Shown: positions 53,701 through 64,000 of the stretch, one piece after another
Position numbering within the stretch: position 1 is the stretch's first letter
Layout: each line of letters opens with the position of its first letter
NCBI GenBank assembly: GCA_033442325.1
Contig: JAWQFM010000006.1
Coordinates: 1,255,124 to 1,319,123 of the forward strand
Source: Salpingoeca rosetta
Lineage: Eukaryota; Protista; Choanoflagellata
DNA: 64,000 nucleotides
Direction of reading: 5' to 3'
The notes under the pieces: model-generated
The model's database searches: none
What the model saw: only the letters and a program-made list of their open reading frames with translations
What the model was told of the DNA's origin: nothing
Translations under genes and position numbers: made by a program

Positions 53701-56700
53701 GAAGCGTTGATGAAGATGTCGAAAGCGATGGAGTGACCGGCGAGGACGACATTCCGTCATCGCTTGTTTGTCCCATCACGCAGGACCTGTTCGACGACCC
53801 CGTCATGTTGCACGGCAACACGTACTCTCGAGCAGAAATCACGAAATGGCTTGAAGAGTATGGCACGGACCCACTCACTCGCCAGCCATCAAGCGTGGAT
53901 GACCTGATGCCAAACCGCGCCATCCGAGACGCTGTTGAAGAGTACGAACTGAAGCGGGCGGCAACTGGAAGTTGGCGAGAGGAGAGCGTGCGCGGCGAAT
54001 GGGTGGAAGCCATCTGTCGTGAGTTGGATCATGTCCAATCTTGGGCGAGGGAGCAGGCAGCTCAGACACAAGCAGATGCGAAAGAGGATGAAGAAGGTGA
54101 AGAGGGTGACGGCGCGCCACCACTGCGTACCACGTCTGATGCAAGCGGAAGCACGAGCGCTCGTCCCGCCACAACACCAGCCGTGTCAGGAAGTGGGCGA
54201 GCATGGGATGATGGTGGCGGTGATGATGGTGACAGCGAGGGAACGACATGCGTCGCAACGACATGTGTGTTCTGTGCTGCTGGAGAGAGTGGCTTGAACA
54301 TTGCAGAACTTTCAGCTGCGCCCACGAGCTTCTCGCACCATGGCCCATCTGGTTCCACCCATTCCAGGCCCTCGGAGAGCCACGACGACTTTGACGCTGG
54401 CCCCCTCGTTGCCTGTGCAGATGCGTTGATGGCTGCTCAACAACGCGTGTTTGAGCACATGAGTACCACGAGCATTATCGCGTACAGGACGAAAGCGGTT
54501 GCCGTCCTCTCATCGTTTGAGACAGCGATGGCAGCTGTTGCAGACACGACGCCAGCGACTGTGTGCGAGGCCATTGTTCGCAGCGGCCTTCAGCTGATTG
54601 TGTCTGCTCGCTCCATGCTGCACATACTGGAGCGCGTTCGAACAGATGCGCTCGTCTTGACAGAAGAAGAGTGTGTGGCGGTGATGGAGGCGGTATCAGC
54701 AGCGCTATTTTATGGGTTTGGCGCAGCCCTCCCAGAAGCCCTGCAGCACCGACTGCACAAGATTCAACGACTGCTACAACTGGAAGGTGTGCAGGCGAAC
54801 CTGCGCCACACCCAGTTCAAGTGGCTGAAGGACGAGGACGCTTGCTCTGTTGAGGAAGAAGAAGGAAGCGACAGCACGCCCAGCACGCCCCAACCTCGTC
54901 ATCGCAGACGGAAGCACGGCGACATCGACCTGCAGCATTCGCAGTCAGAGACGTCACTGGGTCACGTTGGGACGGCGTATGAAACCGGGCTTGGGAACAC
55001 CAACGAGGATGAAGATGATGACGAGGATGATGACATTGTTGGTGACAACACGACAGCTTCGCAGGCAGCAAGTTTGTACGGCTTCAATCCTGATGATGCC
55101 GTTGATCGCATGAGCATCAGTCTCAGCAAGCTCATCTTTGATAAAGGTGCAACACCTGGCGACAGCGATGGTGATCACGGGCCCAGCGGTGATGGGGGTG
55201 GATCAAGGCCTGGTGCTCATGTGCCCAGGCCAGAGCACGCTGATGGTGTTCGCATTTCTTCTTCGATGCTGGCAAACGCCGTCATCAAGACCAGTACCTC
55301 CACCTCCTCATCATCAGACAGGAAGCGAATGGTCACTTGCAAGGTCAAACTGACCAAAGAGGACATTATGGCTGCGACGAAGCAGTTCCAGCATCGGCTT
55401 GGAAGCGGGGAAGTGCGATTCCGACCTGCCGCGCTCTCTGCCGATCGTGAGGTTGGAGATGTGACCACGGTCAAAGACATTGACTTCAAGGATGGGTTCT
55501 CGTTTCAGGAGTCCCTCTTTGGTCGGCTGTGTCGTGCGCACCACATGAACATCCTGTCCCTTCAGCAAAAGGTGCTGGATCTGCTCATGCAAACACACGT
55601 TCGCGGTGTGGAGGTGCATCTTGAGGTGGCCATTCTGGTCGACAATTCGCTCTCCATGCAAGGCGGGTGCGGCAACCAAGCTCGCCAAACACTGGTGGTG
55701 CTGTTGGAGGCACTGCGGCGCCTGGAATTGAAGACTGCGGTCCTTTCGTTTGCTGGGAAGGGCCAGGAGCGGTGGCTGAAGAAGTTTGAGCACGCCATGT
55801 CCTGTGAGAAGGGTGAAGAAGTGCTGCTGCGCCTCAACTTCAACCAGTTTGGCACTGCCATTGCGGATGCAATGCACTGTGCGCGCGCGCACCTGGCCGA
55901 GCGTCGACGTACTCGCGCCGCCAGTGGCAAAGCCGTGTATCCGCAAACAATGGTGGTGATCACAGATGGCCTGTCGAGCCAGTTGAAGGCGGAGGGCCAG
56001 GCCCATTCTGCGTTCTCGCAGGTGCTGTCGAAAGCTACCTCGGAAGGTGTGAAGGTTGTTGGCATTGAGATGAACAGCTCAACGACAATTGGTGGAAGCG
56101 ACTTGCGCGGCTTGGCCAAGCATGGACTGGGATGGACCCAGCCAAACCTGGAGAGCATGAGCGTGGAGGTACCCAACGTGTTGTACCGGGTGCTGGAGGA
56201 GCAGTTGAGGCAGTACAGGGGTGTTGCTTCACGCCAGTCTCCATTCGATGGCAACCGCGTGCACCTGGGTGTCAACGGACGCAACTCAGCCTTTGAGCTT
56301 GATTTGCAGAAGCTGGCCAGCGATCGGTGGATTGACACGTACAAGCCAGGGCCGTACCGCCCGCCAAATGTGTGCGTGCAGGCCCTTGGTGCTCCACCGC
56401 AGAAGTGCAAGGCGCCAATGCTGCGTTCGGATGTGCTGCGGAAGATGCGCGTGACCCACACGACACTTCGACGCGCCGCAACCCCATGTGAACACCCCAC
56501 TCAGTGGTACACGGACACGTTGCAGAAGTACGGCCAGCAAGTGAACATGGTGCAAGATGTGCTGAAGCAGCACCTGACGAAGCGTGCATCCATGCGCAAG
56601 AAGGCCGGCTTCACCAGCGGCAAGAGCGTCAACCCAGCCAAGCTGATGCAATGCAAGGCGACCCAATTCACCTCCACTGCGTATTGGGAACGCTACGTGC

Positions 56701-58112
56701 CCGAGGGCCGGCCAGCCTACCGCTTTGCACTGGCGATTGACATGAGCGCATCCACCGGTGACACGCCAACGTCCTTCTTCAACGCGCAGTCCCTGGTGCT
56801 GCTGCTGGAGGCCTTCAAGCGATTTGGGCTGCACGATACGATTGTGTACGGGTTTGGCGAGAGCGCGTGCACGCTGATGAAGGATCGCACAGAGCACGTG
56901 GACGCGACGGCGCTGAGCACCATCGTGCGCACGCTGGCGACTGTTGGGTTTGCGCAGCAGTCGACGAACGTGGCTGCGGCCATCGCCGCTGGCGTGGAGC
57001 TGTTGACGGAGGCGAATGACAACGACGCGAGCGTTGAGACGTCGACGCTGTTTGTGTTGACGGACGATGCGCCAGATCCACAGCATGAGGCTGCGCTGCG
57101 CTACGCCGCTACCCTCGGCATTGATGTGGTGCAGATTGTGATTGGCACGGTGCCCATGTCCACGCAGCGCGCGTTCACCCGCTTCATCGAAGTGTCGTCG
57201 CCGCTTGAGCTGCCAAAGGCGCTTGACATGTACTTTGAGCGGATGCATCTTCCGCAAGCACGGAGTCAAACGGTCCCCGTGCGCAGGGGTGATTTCGTGC
57301 TGAGCGATGACGAGCAGAAGGATGTGCAGGACAAGGTCGCTGCTGAGCTGGCCAAAGACAGTCCATACCGAGAGTATCTTGCTGAGAATGCTGATGAAGC
57401 AGAAGTGCGGCTTGAATTGACCCAAGGCGCAGCTGTGACCTTAGAGGTGGAGGCGGTGATTGTGATGGACTGCACCGGATCCATGGGGCACTGGATCGAT
57501 GCGGCAAAGGCCCACGCCACCAGCATGATGAAGTTTGTGAGAGACCAAGCAGTGAGCAAGTTTGGCCGTGATGTGAACGTTCGCCTCGGCTTCGTTGCGT
57601 ACCGCGACTACGACTTTGGAACAGTATCGGAACAGTGCCCGCTGACACGAGATTTGAGACATGTTGATGCGTTCATTTCGAGGCAAGTTGCCTGCTCAGG
57701 ACGACACCGTGATGTTCCAGAGGAGGTCTTGACTGGACTCCGAGCAGCAGTGAGCATGGCGTGGACGCCGACAGCAGCGGTGAAACTGGTTGTCCTCGTT
57801 GGGGATGCACCGCAGCACGGACCGGAATTCGTCCACGAGAAGAGAGACAATCATCCAAATGGGCCTCCAGCAGGGTACCCGGACCATGGCAAGTCCCACT
57901 TGCAACGCGCAATTGAAATTACTGATGCGATGAAGGACAAGAACATTGAGCTGATCTTCACTCATATTCGAAGACAGACAGCCAAGTTTGAGGCCAAGTT
58001 GAATGAACTCCTGGACGGCAAGATGAAAACAGTCAATCTTGGCAACCACCCGGATTCGTTCGCCAGCAGCGTCCAGGAGCAGATGGTGCTCATGCTGAGC
58101 GAGCTGGGCTGA
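32727..58112 (+). CDS. Giant (~8,226 aa) midasin-like protein: helical N-terminus, six tandem AAA+ modules, helical linker, tandem Ig-like (ASH/PapD-like) domains, U-box, acidic region, three VWA/MIDAS domains; exons 32727-32917, 33202-33574, 33794-33929, 34132-58112
   Basis: 7998-codon open frame plus three upstream in-phase exons. Six Walker A/B pairs, a U-box consensus and three DxS/TxS motifs (see sub-features). Confidence 0.92.
36440..43900 (+). other. Six tandem MoxR/midasin-type AAA+ modules
   Basis: GETGVGKT/YIDEANL (~36470/36670); GPSGAGKQ/VLDDILS (~37900/38110); GSQAVGKT/LNDEFNL + QNPVGFAGRKPL...DR (~38810/39010); GPTSRKT/LRDLHR (~39780/40900); GPPASGKL/LKDIHL (~41710/41910); GPTASGKT/LNDVNFC (~42820/43400). 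Long inserts in modules 4 and 6. Confidence 0.88.
49830..51640 (+). other. Tandem beta-sandwich Ig-like domains (ASH/PapD-like)
   Basis: Repeated hydrophobic-x-N-T/E/I-G strand motifs (MVVRNTFD, LRVENTGTARL, VTIRNEGN, ILTNIGSRTL) with GTLSAGSSEAIEWTFEP, VVPGGSLEIPFTV, IIESGKTRTLKI. Confidence 0.6.
53745..53950 (+). other. U-box E3 ubiquitin ligase domain
   Basis: IPSSLVCPITQDLFDDPVMLHGNTYSRAEITKWLEEYGTDPLTRQPSSVDDLMPNRAIRDAVEEY matches the U-box consensus throughout. Confidence 0.93.
55620..58100 (+). other. Three tandem VWA/MIDAS domains
   Basis: VWA1 ILVDNSLSM..GT..VITDG; VWA2 LAIDMSAST..STN..VLTDD; VWA3 IVMDCTGSMG..GFVAYRDYD..VLVGDAPQHG. Confidence 0.9.
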
Positions 58113-58127
58113 GGCAATGTGTGCGTG

Positions 58128-58187
<60 letters not shown>

Positions 58188-58543
58188 GACTTGCGTATGC
58201 GTGTGTTTGTTTGGGGTGAGAACTGGGTCCCTTTTGCTGTGTGCACTGATACCTCAACACTTTGTCGTTGCGGGCTTCTTCCGTGATTTGTTCTCATGCT
58301 CTTGTTTGACCTTTGTTGCCACGTTTTCGTCACAACATCACGTACCCTGCTTACATGTTATCCTGCACTTGATTCATTTGTGTTTCTTGCTTGCGTTCCA
58401 CCCTTTGTTTTCGTTTGAATGAGTTTACACAACAACGACAACAACAAGTGGCAAGAGTATCACCGAGACATCATCACATTCCACAACACCCACCAAGTTC
58501 ACGACACACCACCAACAAAGCCAAAACCCACGCGAACAACAGA

Positions 58544-61148
58544 TCACATGCACGAGAGCAAGCGGGTGTGGAGGGCGGAGATGATGCCATCACGAAGATG
58601 GGTGAGCTCGAGGAGGTTGTTGAGTGCACAGACGGACCCAAACGTGAGTGCTGCAGTCAGGTCGCATGGCTGCAGCGCCTCGTATGACGAATGCAGGTGT
58701 GCCACCAAGTCGTGCGTTCCGTGCTTAGCTGCATCCCCGCTCGTGCGCGCCGCTGGTGTTGCCGATGTGCATGTGGCGTGACTGCTGCGCTCGCTGTCAC
58801 ATGAGCGCCAGTGGCCAAGCATGTACGCATACAGGGTGGCGGCGACCACCATCTGCAGCAGGGCAATCAGCATTTCGTTTGCGGTGCGGCTTGCGTTGCG
58901 TCCACGCACGGCCTGCACCAGGGCAGTGCGGGCAGCGTGGGCGACGATGCGTGCGAGCGGCTGGATGAGAAGCATGGCGGCGGCCAGCACAGCGACGTCT
59001 GGAGATGATGACGAGGAGGAGGAGGAGGATGATGCGGCGGTGCCCTGGTCCGCGGTATTTGCTGATGACGCGGAGGAGGTGGTGAATGGGGTGAGAGCTG
59101 CGGCGATGGGCTCGGGAAATGCGCTTCGAATGGCGGATTCGATGCATGGGCAGCGACCGGTGATGACGAAGAGCATGGCGAAGCAGCCCACGGCGATCAC
59201 GGCCTCCTTGCGCTGGCCCTTGCGCGTGCCAACACCCCATGCGAGGAGCGCACAGACGCTCGCAGCGATGATGCACACGCTGTTGCAGCAGCCGGACGAA
59301 GCGGGCGTTGGGGAGGGCAGGGGAGAGGCGAGGCCAAGAGGGGCGAGGGCGCCGGCGATGCAGTGGGTGTGGAGTGCGGCCAGCAGGAACGCGCCGCAGA
59401 GCATACGCGTGTAATCACCGGCAACCGGCGAGCGAAGGAGGAGCAGCTGCGTTGCAACAAACACCACCATGACGGCCAGCACCACGTGCACGATCACGGA
59501 GAGTGATGTGCCAGACACGGCGGTGACGGCGATGGCGAGGGTGGAGGCCGACAGAAGGTTCACAAGAACGTTTAGCGGCGCCCACAGCTTCGAGTTTGCG
59601 ACGAGGGACGGTGGCTGGAGCACGAGGCCAAACCAGCTGTCGAGGATGGAGCCTGCTGCGCCGTAGAGTGCGCCCTGTGCAGCACCCTGCCACGTGCCAT
59701 GAGCAGCGCCGATGATGGCCCCACCAACCACGCTCATGACAGTGCCGAGCACGGAGACGGCGCCGTCGCGGCCCGTGGGGACGGGTTGGAAGGTGGAGAT
59801 GAGGCGTGGTGCAGTCTTGGACAGCTGCCCAATCTCCGACGCAAGCGTGTCTCCACAGCAACAAGCCAGATACGCGAAGTAGCCCACTTCCCACCTGAAG
59901 CAGGGGGGAGGGGTTGTATGAATGTGTCGTGGGTGTGCGGGCTGTGGGTGAGCGCAGCAAGGAACGCACCAGTCGATGGCCCACAGAGTGGGAAGCAAGG
60001 GATGTGTTGGTGCGCTGCGTGCTAAGGAAAGTGTTGGGTGCCACACAAACTATAGCGATGCTGACTTGGGGGCAAGATAGCCAGTGGACATGCCGAGGCA
60101 GAGGAGAGCAGGAACGCCGCCAGTGGCCAGCACCTGCCATGCATTTCGACCTGCACGGTTATGGTCGGGAACGTTGCACAATAGAGCTGGGGTTAGGGTT
60201 GTGGTGAACGACTGGAGGTGAACGACTGAGTGAATGACTGAAGTGAACGACTGAGGTGAACGACTGAGGTGAGCGACTGAAGTGAACAGCACAGACCAGT
60301 CGGCCCAGTGCATGCACGTGCAGGCCAGTGGAGTGCGGTCTCGTGCAGGGTTGGTGATAAGTTTCACGTCGCACCCATCAGTGCGTGGTGATGGTATTGC
60401 CGTTTTGACCAGCGACCAGGAAACGAACGCGCACCTGTCGTTGCGTCAGTGTCTGTATCGCGGCGGTGTGTTTGCCGTTTGGCAGCAACTTTCGTGGCAA
60501 GAGACCTGGTGCAGATGGAAGGTGCACCTGGTGTGAGATTTCGCTTTTGTTTTGGGGTGTGCAAGGACGTGCAACGGAACGGGTACTTGGGCAAGGTGAC
60601 AGCCTTCTGGACGATGGACTCAACGCAGTGCAAGTCGGCGAACAGGCATTGCATACGCGCGCGCAGGCACGTGCATTCACAAGGTCGGCAAGAAAACCGA
60701 AACCACCTTTGCCCTGCCTGCATCAAACACCTCGACCAACGTACCCGATGACGAAGAAGAGGGCCAGCATGATGAACGAGGTGCTTCCGTGGTAGCTGAT
60801 GGCCACACCCACGGGGATGGCGGCAAGGGCACCATCCACCGTCAACCTGTCACACGCACACGCACACACACGCATACACACGCGCACGCGCGTATGGCGA
60901 GCCGGTATTGTTCACGGTGTGAGAGACACTGACACACGCGTCGTTCCGGTTTTTTTTTTCCTTGTCTCGGTGGCGATCGCTCATTCCCGATTCATGCAAC
61001 ACCCACAATGTGACCACAATGTGACATGACACGTGTGCACGCTGTGCCTTGTGCTCGTGTGCCACACTCACAGCTTGCGTCGCTGCGCCACTGCTGCCAG
61101 CAGAGGCATCGCGCAGATGAGCACGTCCATCACGTTCACTTGCACCAT
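58544..61148 (-). CDS. TMEM19: TMEM19/DUF92 family membrane protein with long C-terminal multi-TM extension, ~561 aa; exons 61148-61072, 60846-60745, 60505-60435, 60150-60066, 59894-58544
   Basis: LTVDGALAA...LALFFVIGSLATK...GRNAWQVLATGG...CGDTLASEIGQLSKTAPRLISTFQPVPTGRDGAVSVLG...GSILDSWFGLVLQ...NVLVNLLS. All intron phases match. Confidence 0.87.
60203..60287 (+). repeat. ~13-bp minisatellite (GTGAACGACTGAG), about 6 copies, in a TMEM19 intron
   Basis: Degenerate head-to-tail copies. Confidence 0.85.
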
Positions 61149-62054
61149 CTCTTCTCTTCTCTCTCTGTTTTGTAACGGCGAACGTTGTGAAAATCTGCCA
61201 TGTCTTCATGTGATTTTCGGTGTGAGGAAGGACTCGCCAAGATCCACTGCGAGTGGTCTTGAGGTGTTTGTTAGGGTGTTCTGGAGCTGGGTGTTGTACT
61301 GTTGTAGTCTGGTCTAGTGTCGTCTCGTGGTATTCTTGTGGTGGTGTCGTTCAGCGCGCTGACGCTGTCGCTTGCGTCACACGCTAACAAGATTTGATCC
61401 TTTTGTTTATCCCACACGTTGAGCATTAAACATACTGGGAAAGCTGAAAGGGATCAACAGGAGAGGAAGAGGGGGGGAACAATCCAATCAAATAAAAAAA
61501 GAAAATACATGAACACAAACACCAAGTGCAGAAGTACGCGCTGCCAGGCTTTGCCAATAGGAGTACGTGGTTGGAGTGCTTGCACTTTCGTAACAACACA
61601 CGGGGAGTCGGGGACACTTGCTGTCAGTCCTGCCGGAAGCTTTCCTGTTGTGTGTGCATCAGTGCCGCTCGTGTCAACCTCTAACCTCATCTGTGTTTTT
61701 TTTTTTTTTTTCTTCTTCTGTTGCTTTCCCCGGCGCAATAGCACAGCATGTGCGTTACAACGAAACAGAGCCCTCCAGCTTACTGGGAGCAAAGAAGAAG
61801 TACAGCAGTAATGCCAGGGCTTATTGACCGGAAGGAGAGCACGGAAATGCCCGTGCATGCACAGATGCACATGTTCGTGCGCGTGATGGAAGGTAGAAAG
61901 CCATGAAACACGCAACAAAGCCACGAAACGCTTTGTTACTATTATCTTTGATCTTCTGCTGCGGCAACAAGCAGTTTATCTGCAGTACGGGTTGACATGT
62001 TGGCATCCCATGAAAAAAAGAAAAAAAGATCATCAAGTCGCGACACACACAGAC

Positions 62055-62199
<145 letters not shown>

Positions 62200-62297
62200 C
62201 ACACACACACACGCACGCACGCACGCACGCACGCACACACACACATACACAGATAGACACCCTTACCCCTCCTCTCCCCCCTCACAAGCATGTATGG

Positions 62298-63590
62298 TTA
62301 TGGTGTGGGCGGGGCAAGAAGTTGATGGAAGCGGTCCGTGAAAGCGGCGACATTTTCCTCCTTGACGGAAATGACGACTTGGTCGCTCGTGTTGATGACA
62401 ACGCCGACGGCCCACTTGGACGTGGAGAACGTGGCGCGCGGGCGGATGCCCTCAAAGGGAACCTCAACATCAAACGCGCTCCAGTCCGAGTAGAGGATGC
62501 GCAAGGGGTTTTCGCGGAAGATCTGCACACAGCTCGCACTCACGGGCCCGCGGGCAGCCATGAGCTCGTGGAGATACGCAACCGTGTCGTTGACCCGTTC
62601 CTCCGATGTGGACGCCTGCACCTTGGCGCGGAAGTGGGCTGCGAGGTCGTACAGCGACATGCTGCGCACCTCGCCCACGGGCCGCTCAAACACGGGGGAC
62701 ATGACCGCTGCGTTGCCAAAGTACTCGTCGGGGATGGCCGAACGCTTGCGCATGTTCACGGACCACGACACGCCCGTCAGCTCGTCGTCCTTGGCCGCGT
62801 TTGCCTCAACAAACGCCTTCCACACCAACGCCATGCGGAGGTCATTGCACGAGAACGGCAGCCCACCAGCAGCTGACGTTGCGGTTGCGGTTGCGGTTGT
62901 TGCCGGGGGCGCTTGGTCGGGCGTCGGCTGCGTCTCAGCGGTGGCGTCGCTGGCGCCCTTGTGTTCGCGCATGAGGTGGGTGCGAAGGGCAGCAAGCTCG
63001 TCCCTGGTCACGCGCAGGGTCACGTGCTGGCCAAAAGTTGGCGGCCCGGTTGGCGGGGCGGCGTCGGCCTGCACGATGTAACCGGAGCACGGCTCGGCGT
63101 TGGTCTTGGCGGTGGCGATGGCCTCAATCGTGTCCGGCGCGACAACGGGCTTGGGCCATGCGGTGCGATGGGCGTAGTGCTCCGACCAGGCCTTCAGGAA
63201 CCGGCCGATGGAGAAGCCGTCTGTGACCTTGTGCGAGAAGTACAGGGAAATGGTCCACCCGGTGCGGGCCTCGTTTGGCGCGAGGCGAGCAAAGAAGGGC
63301 CATTGCTCCATGATAAAGCGCATGGGCCTCGGACTCAGATCCAACGGCTCATCGAGAACCTCGAACGTGCCGTTGGGTACGTCGCTGTCGTCGCCGGCTT
63401 GCTTCTTCGACTCCTGTGCTTCGGCGGCGGTGGGCTGCTGGCGCAGCATCGGGTAGTGCTCCTTCACGACCTCATCACCGGCGCGGGCGATGGCCGCCAG
63501 CGGCAAGTCACGACGCCCTTCCCCCGCCTCGTAGTGCAGATCAAACTGCACATAGATGGGCGGCATCGTCTGGTCCACTGTCGTCGTCAT
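62298..63590 (-). CDS. BAHD/HXXXD-type CoA-dependent acyltransferase, ~430 aa, intronless
   Basis: Catalytic FSHKVTDGFSIGRFLKAWS, FSCNDLRMALVW, VNMRKR..IPDEYFGNA, and YSDWSAFDVEVPFEG at the DFGWG-equivalent position. Confidence 0.85.
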   Translation of the reverse strand: MTTTVDQTMPPIYVQFDLHYEAGEGRRDLPLAAIARAGDEVVKEHYPMLRQQPTAAEAQESKKQAGDDSDVPNGTFEVLDEPLDLSPRPMRFIMEQWPFFARLAPNEARTGWTISLYFSHKVTDGFSIGRFLKAWSEHYAHRTAWPKPVVAPDTIEAIATAKTNAEPCSGYIVQADAAPPTGPPTFGQHVTLRVTRDELAALRTHLMREHKGASDATAETQPTPDQAPPATTATATATSAAGGLPFSCNDLRMALVWKAFVEANAAKDDELTGVSWSVNMRKRSAIPDEYFGNAAVMSPVFERPVGEVRSMSLYDLAAHFRAKVQASTSEERVNDTVAYLHELMAARGPVSASCVQIFRENPLRILYSDWSAFDVEVPFEGIRPRATFSTSKWAVGVVINTSDQVVISVKEENVAAFTDRFHQLLAPPTP

Positions 63591-63755
63591 GGCTACGGTT
63601 CCGTTGTTCTGGGTGCTGAGTGAATGTGAGCGAGTGGATGGTGAAGGCACGTGCGCATGCGAGCCAAAACAGCGTCGACACAGGCACAGACAAGCGGTCA
63701 AACACACAGACAGGCACACACACACACACTCACCCCCCCACCACACACACCCACT

Positions 63756-63787
<32 letters not shown>

Positions 63788-64000
63788 CCACGGCGATTGT
63801 TGGCGATTGTCGAATGATTTCTAACAGTTTTCGGCACGACTGCGGACGATGACGACAGGAGGAGGCAGAACGGTAGGCGGCGAGGAGCAGGTGCCGCTGT
63901 TGGGAGGCAGGCATGCAACCACAGCAGTGACAGCAGCAGTGGGAGCCGGGGGACGAGGAGAAGAAAGGGCACGGCGGACAGCGCGGCGCGTGAACGGGAC

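Noticed and set aside
34322-58049. Numerous antisense and alternate-frame ORFs inside the giant exon
   Set aside because: Shadow ORFs of a GC-rich coding strand with no motifs or splice support.
32727-58112. Naming the giant gene MDN1, RNF213 or dynein heavy chain
   Set aside because: The AAA and MIDAS parts are midasin-like, but the size, degenerate Walker motifs, U-box, Ig array and triple VWA do not match canonical MDN1. No RING/RZ finger or dynein stalk and tail motifs were seen.
60203-60287. Short repeat array resembling CRISPR
   Set aside because: Units are ~13 bp, head-to-tail with no spacers, in a eukaryotic intron with no cas genes.
63730-63972. Minus-strand 80-aa ORF with a signal-peptide-like hydrophobic start
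   Set aside because: It runs into a GT repeat and lies upstream of the acyltransferase at the window edge. It cannot be supported as a gene, though an upstream exon is not excluded.

Overview
Intron-rich eukaryotic DNA with introns and UTRs full of (GT)n/(CA)n microsatellites and three 100-N scaffold gaps. The style and gene content (PTB, FUT8-like, UCP4, CAP-Gly/PX) fit a choanoflagellate such as Salpingoeca rosetta; this is inference, not a database match. Most ORF-track entries are microsatellite or antisense artefacts. I built 14 gene models by hand from splice signals and frame phase: a coiled-coil protein, a CAP-Gly/coiled-coil/PX protein, a low-complexity protein, a FUT8-like fucosyltransferase lacking SH3, an MPLKIP/TTDN1-like RGG protein, two divergent PTB proteins, a TMEM64-like gene, a 5-exon 55-aa microprotein missing from the ORF track, UCP4/SLC25A27, an FCS + QALGGH-like zinc-finger protein, TMEM19/DUF92 with a long membrane extension, and an intronless BAHD-type acyltransferase. 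The fourteenth is the standout: a ~8,200-aa protein (32727-58112, one ~24-kb exon) with a midasin-type ring of six AAA+ modules, tandem Ig-like domains, a U-box E3 ligase domain and three VWA/MIDAS domains. It looks like a midasin paralogue repurposed as an RNF213-like AAA+ ubiquitin ligase, possibly for cell-autonomous defence.
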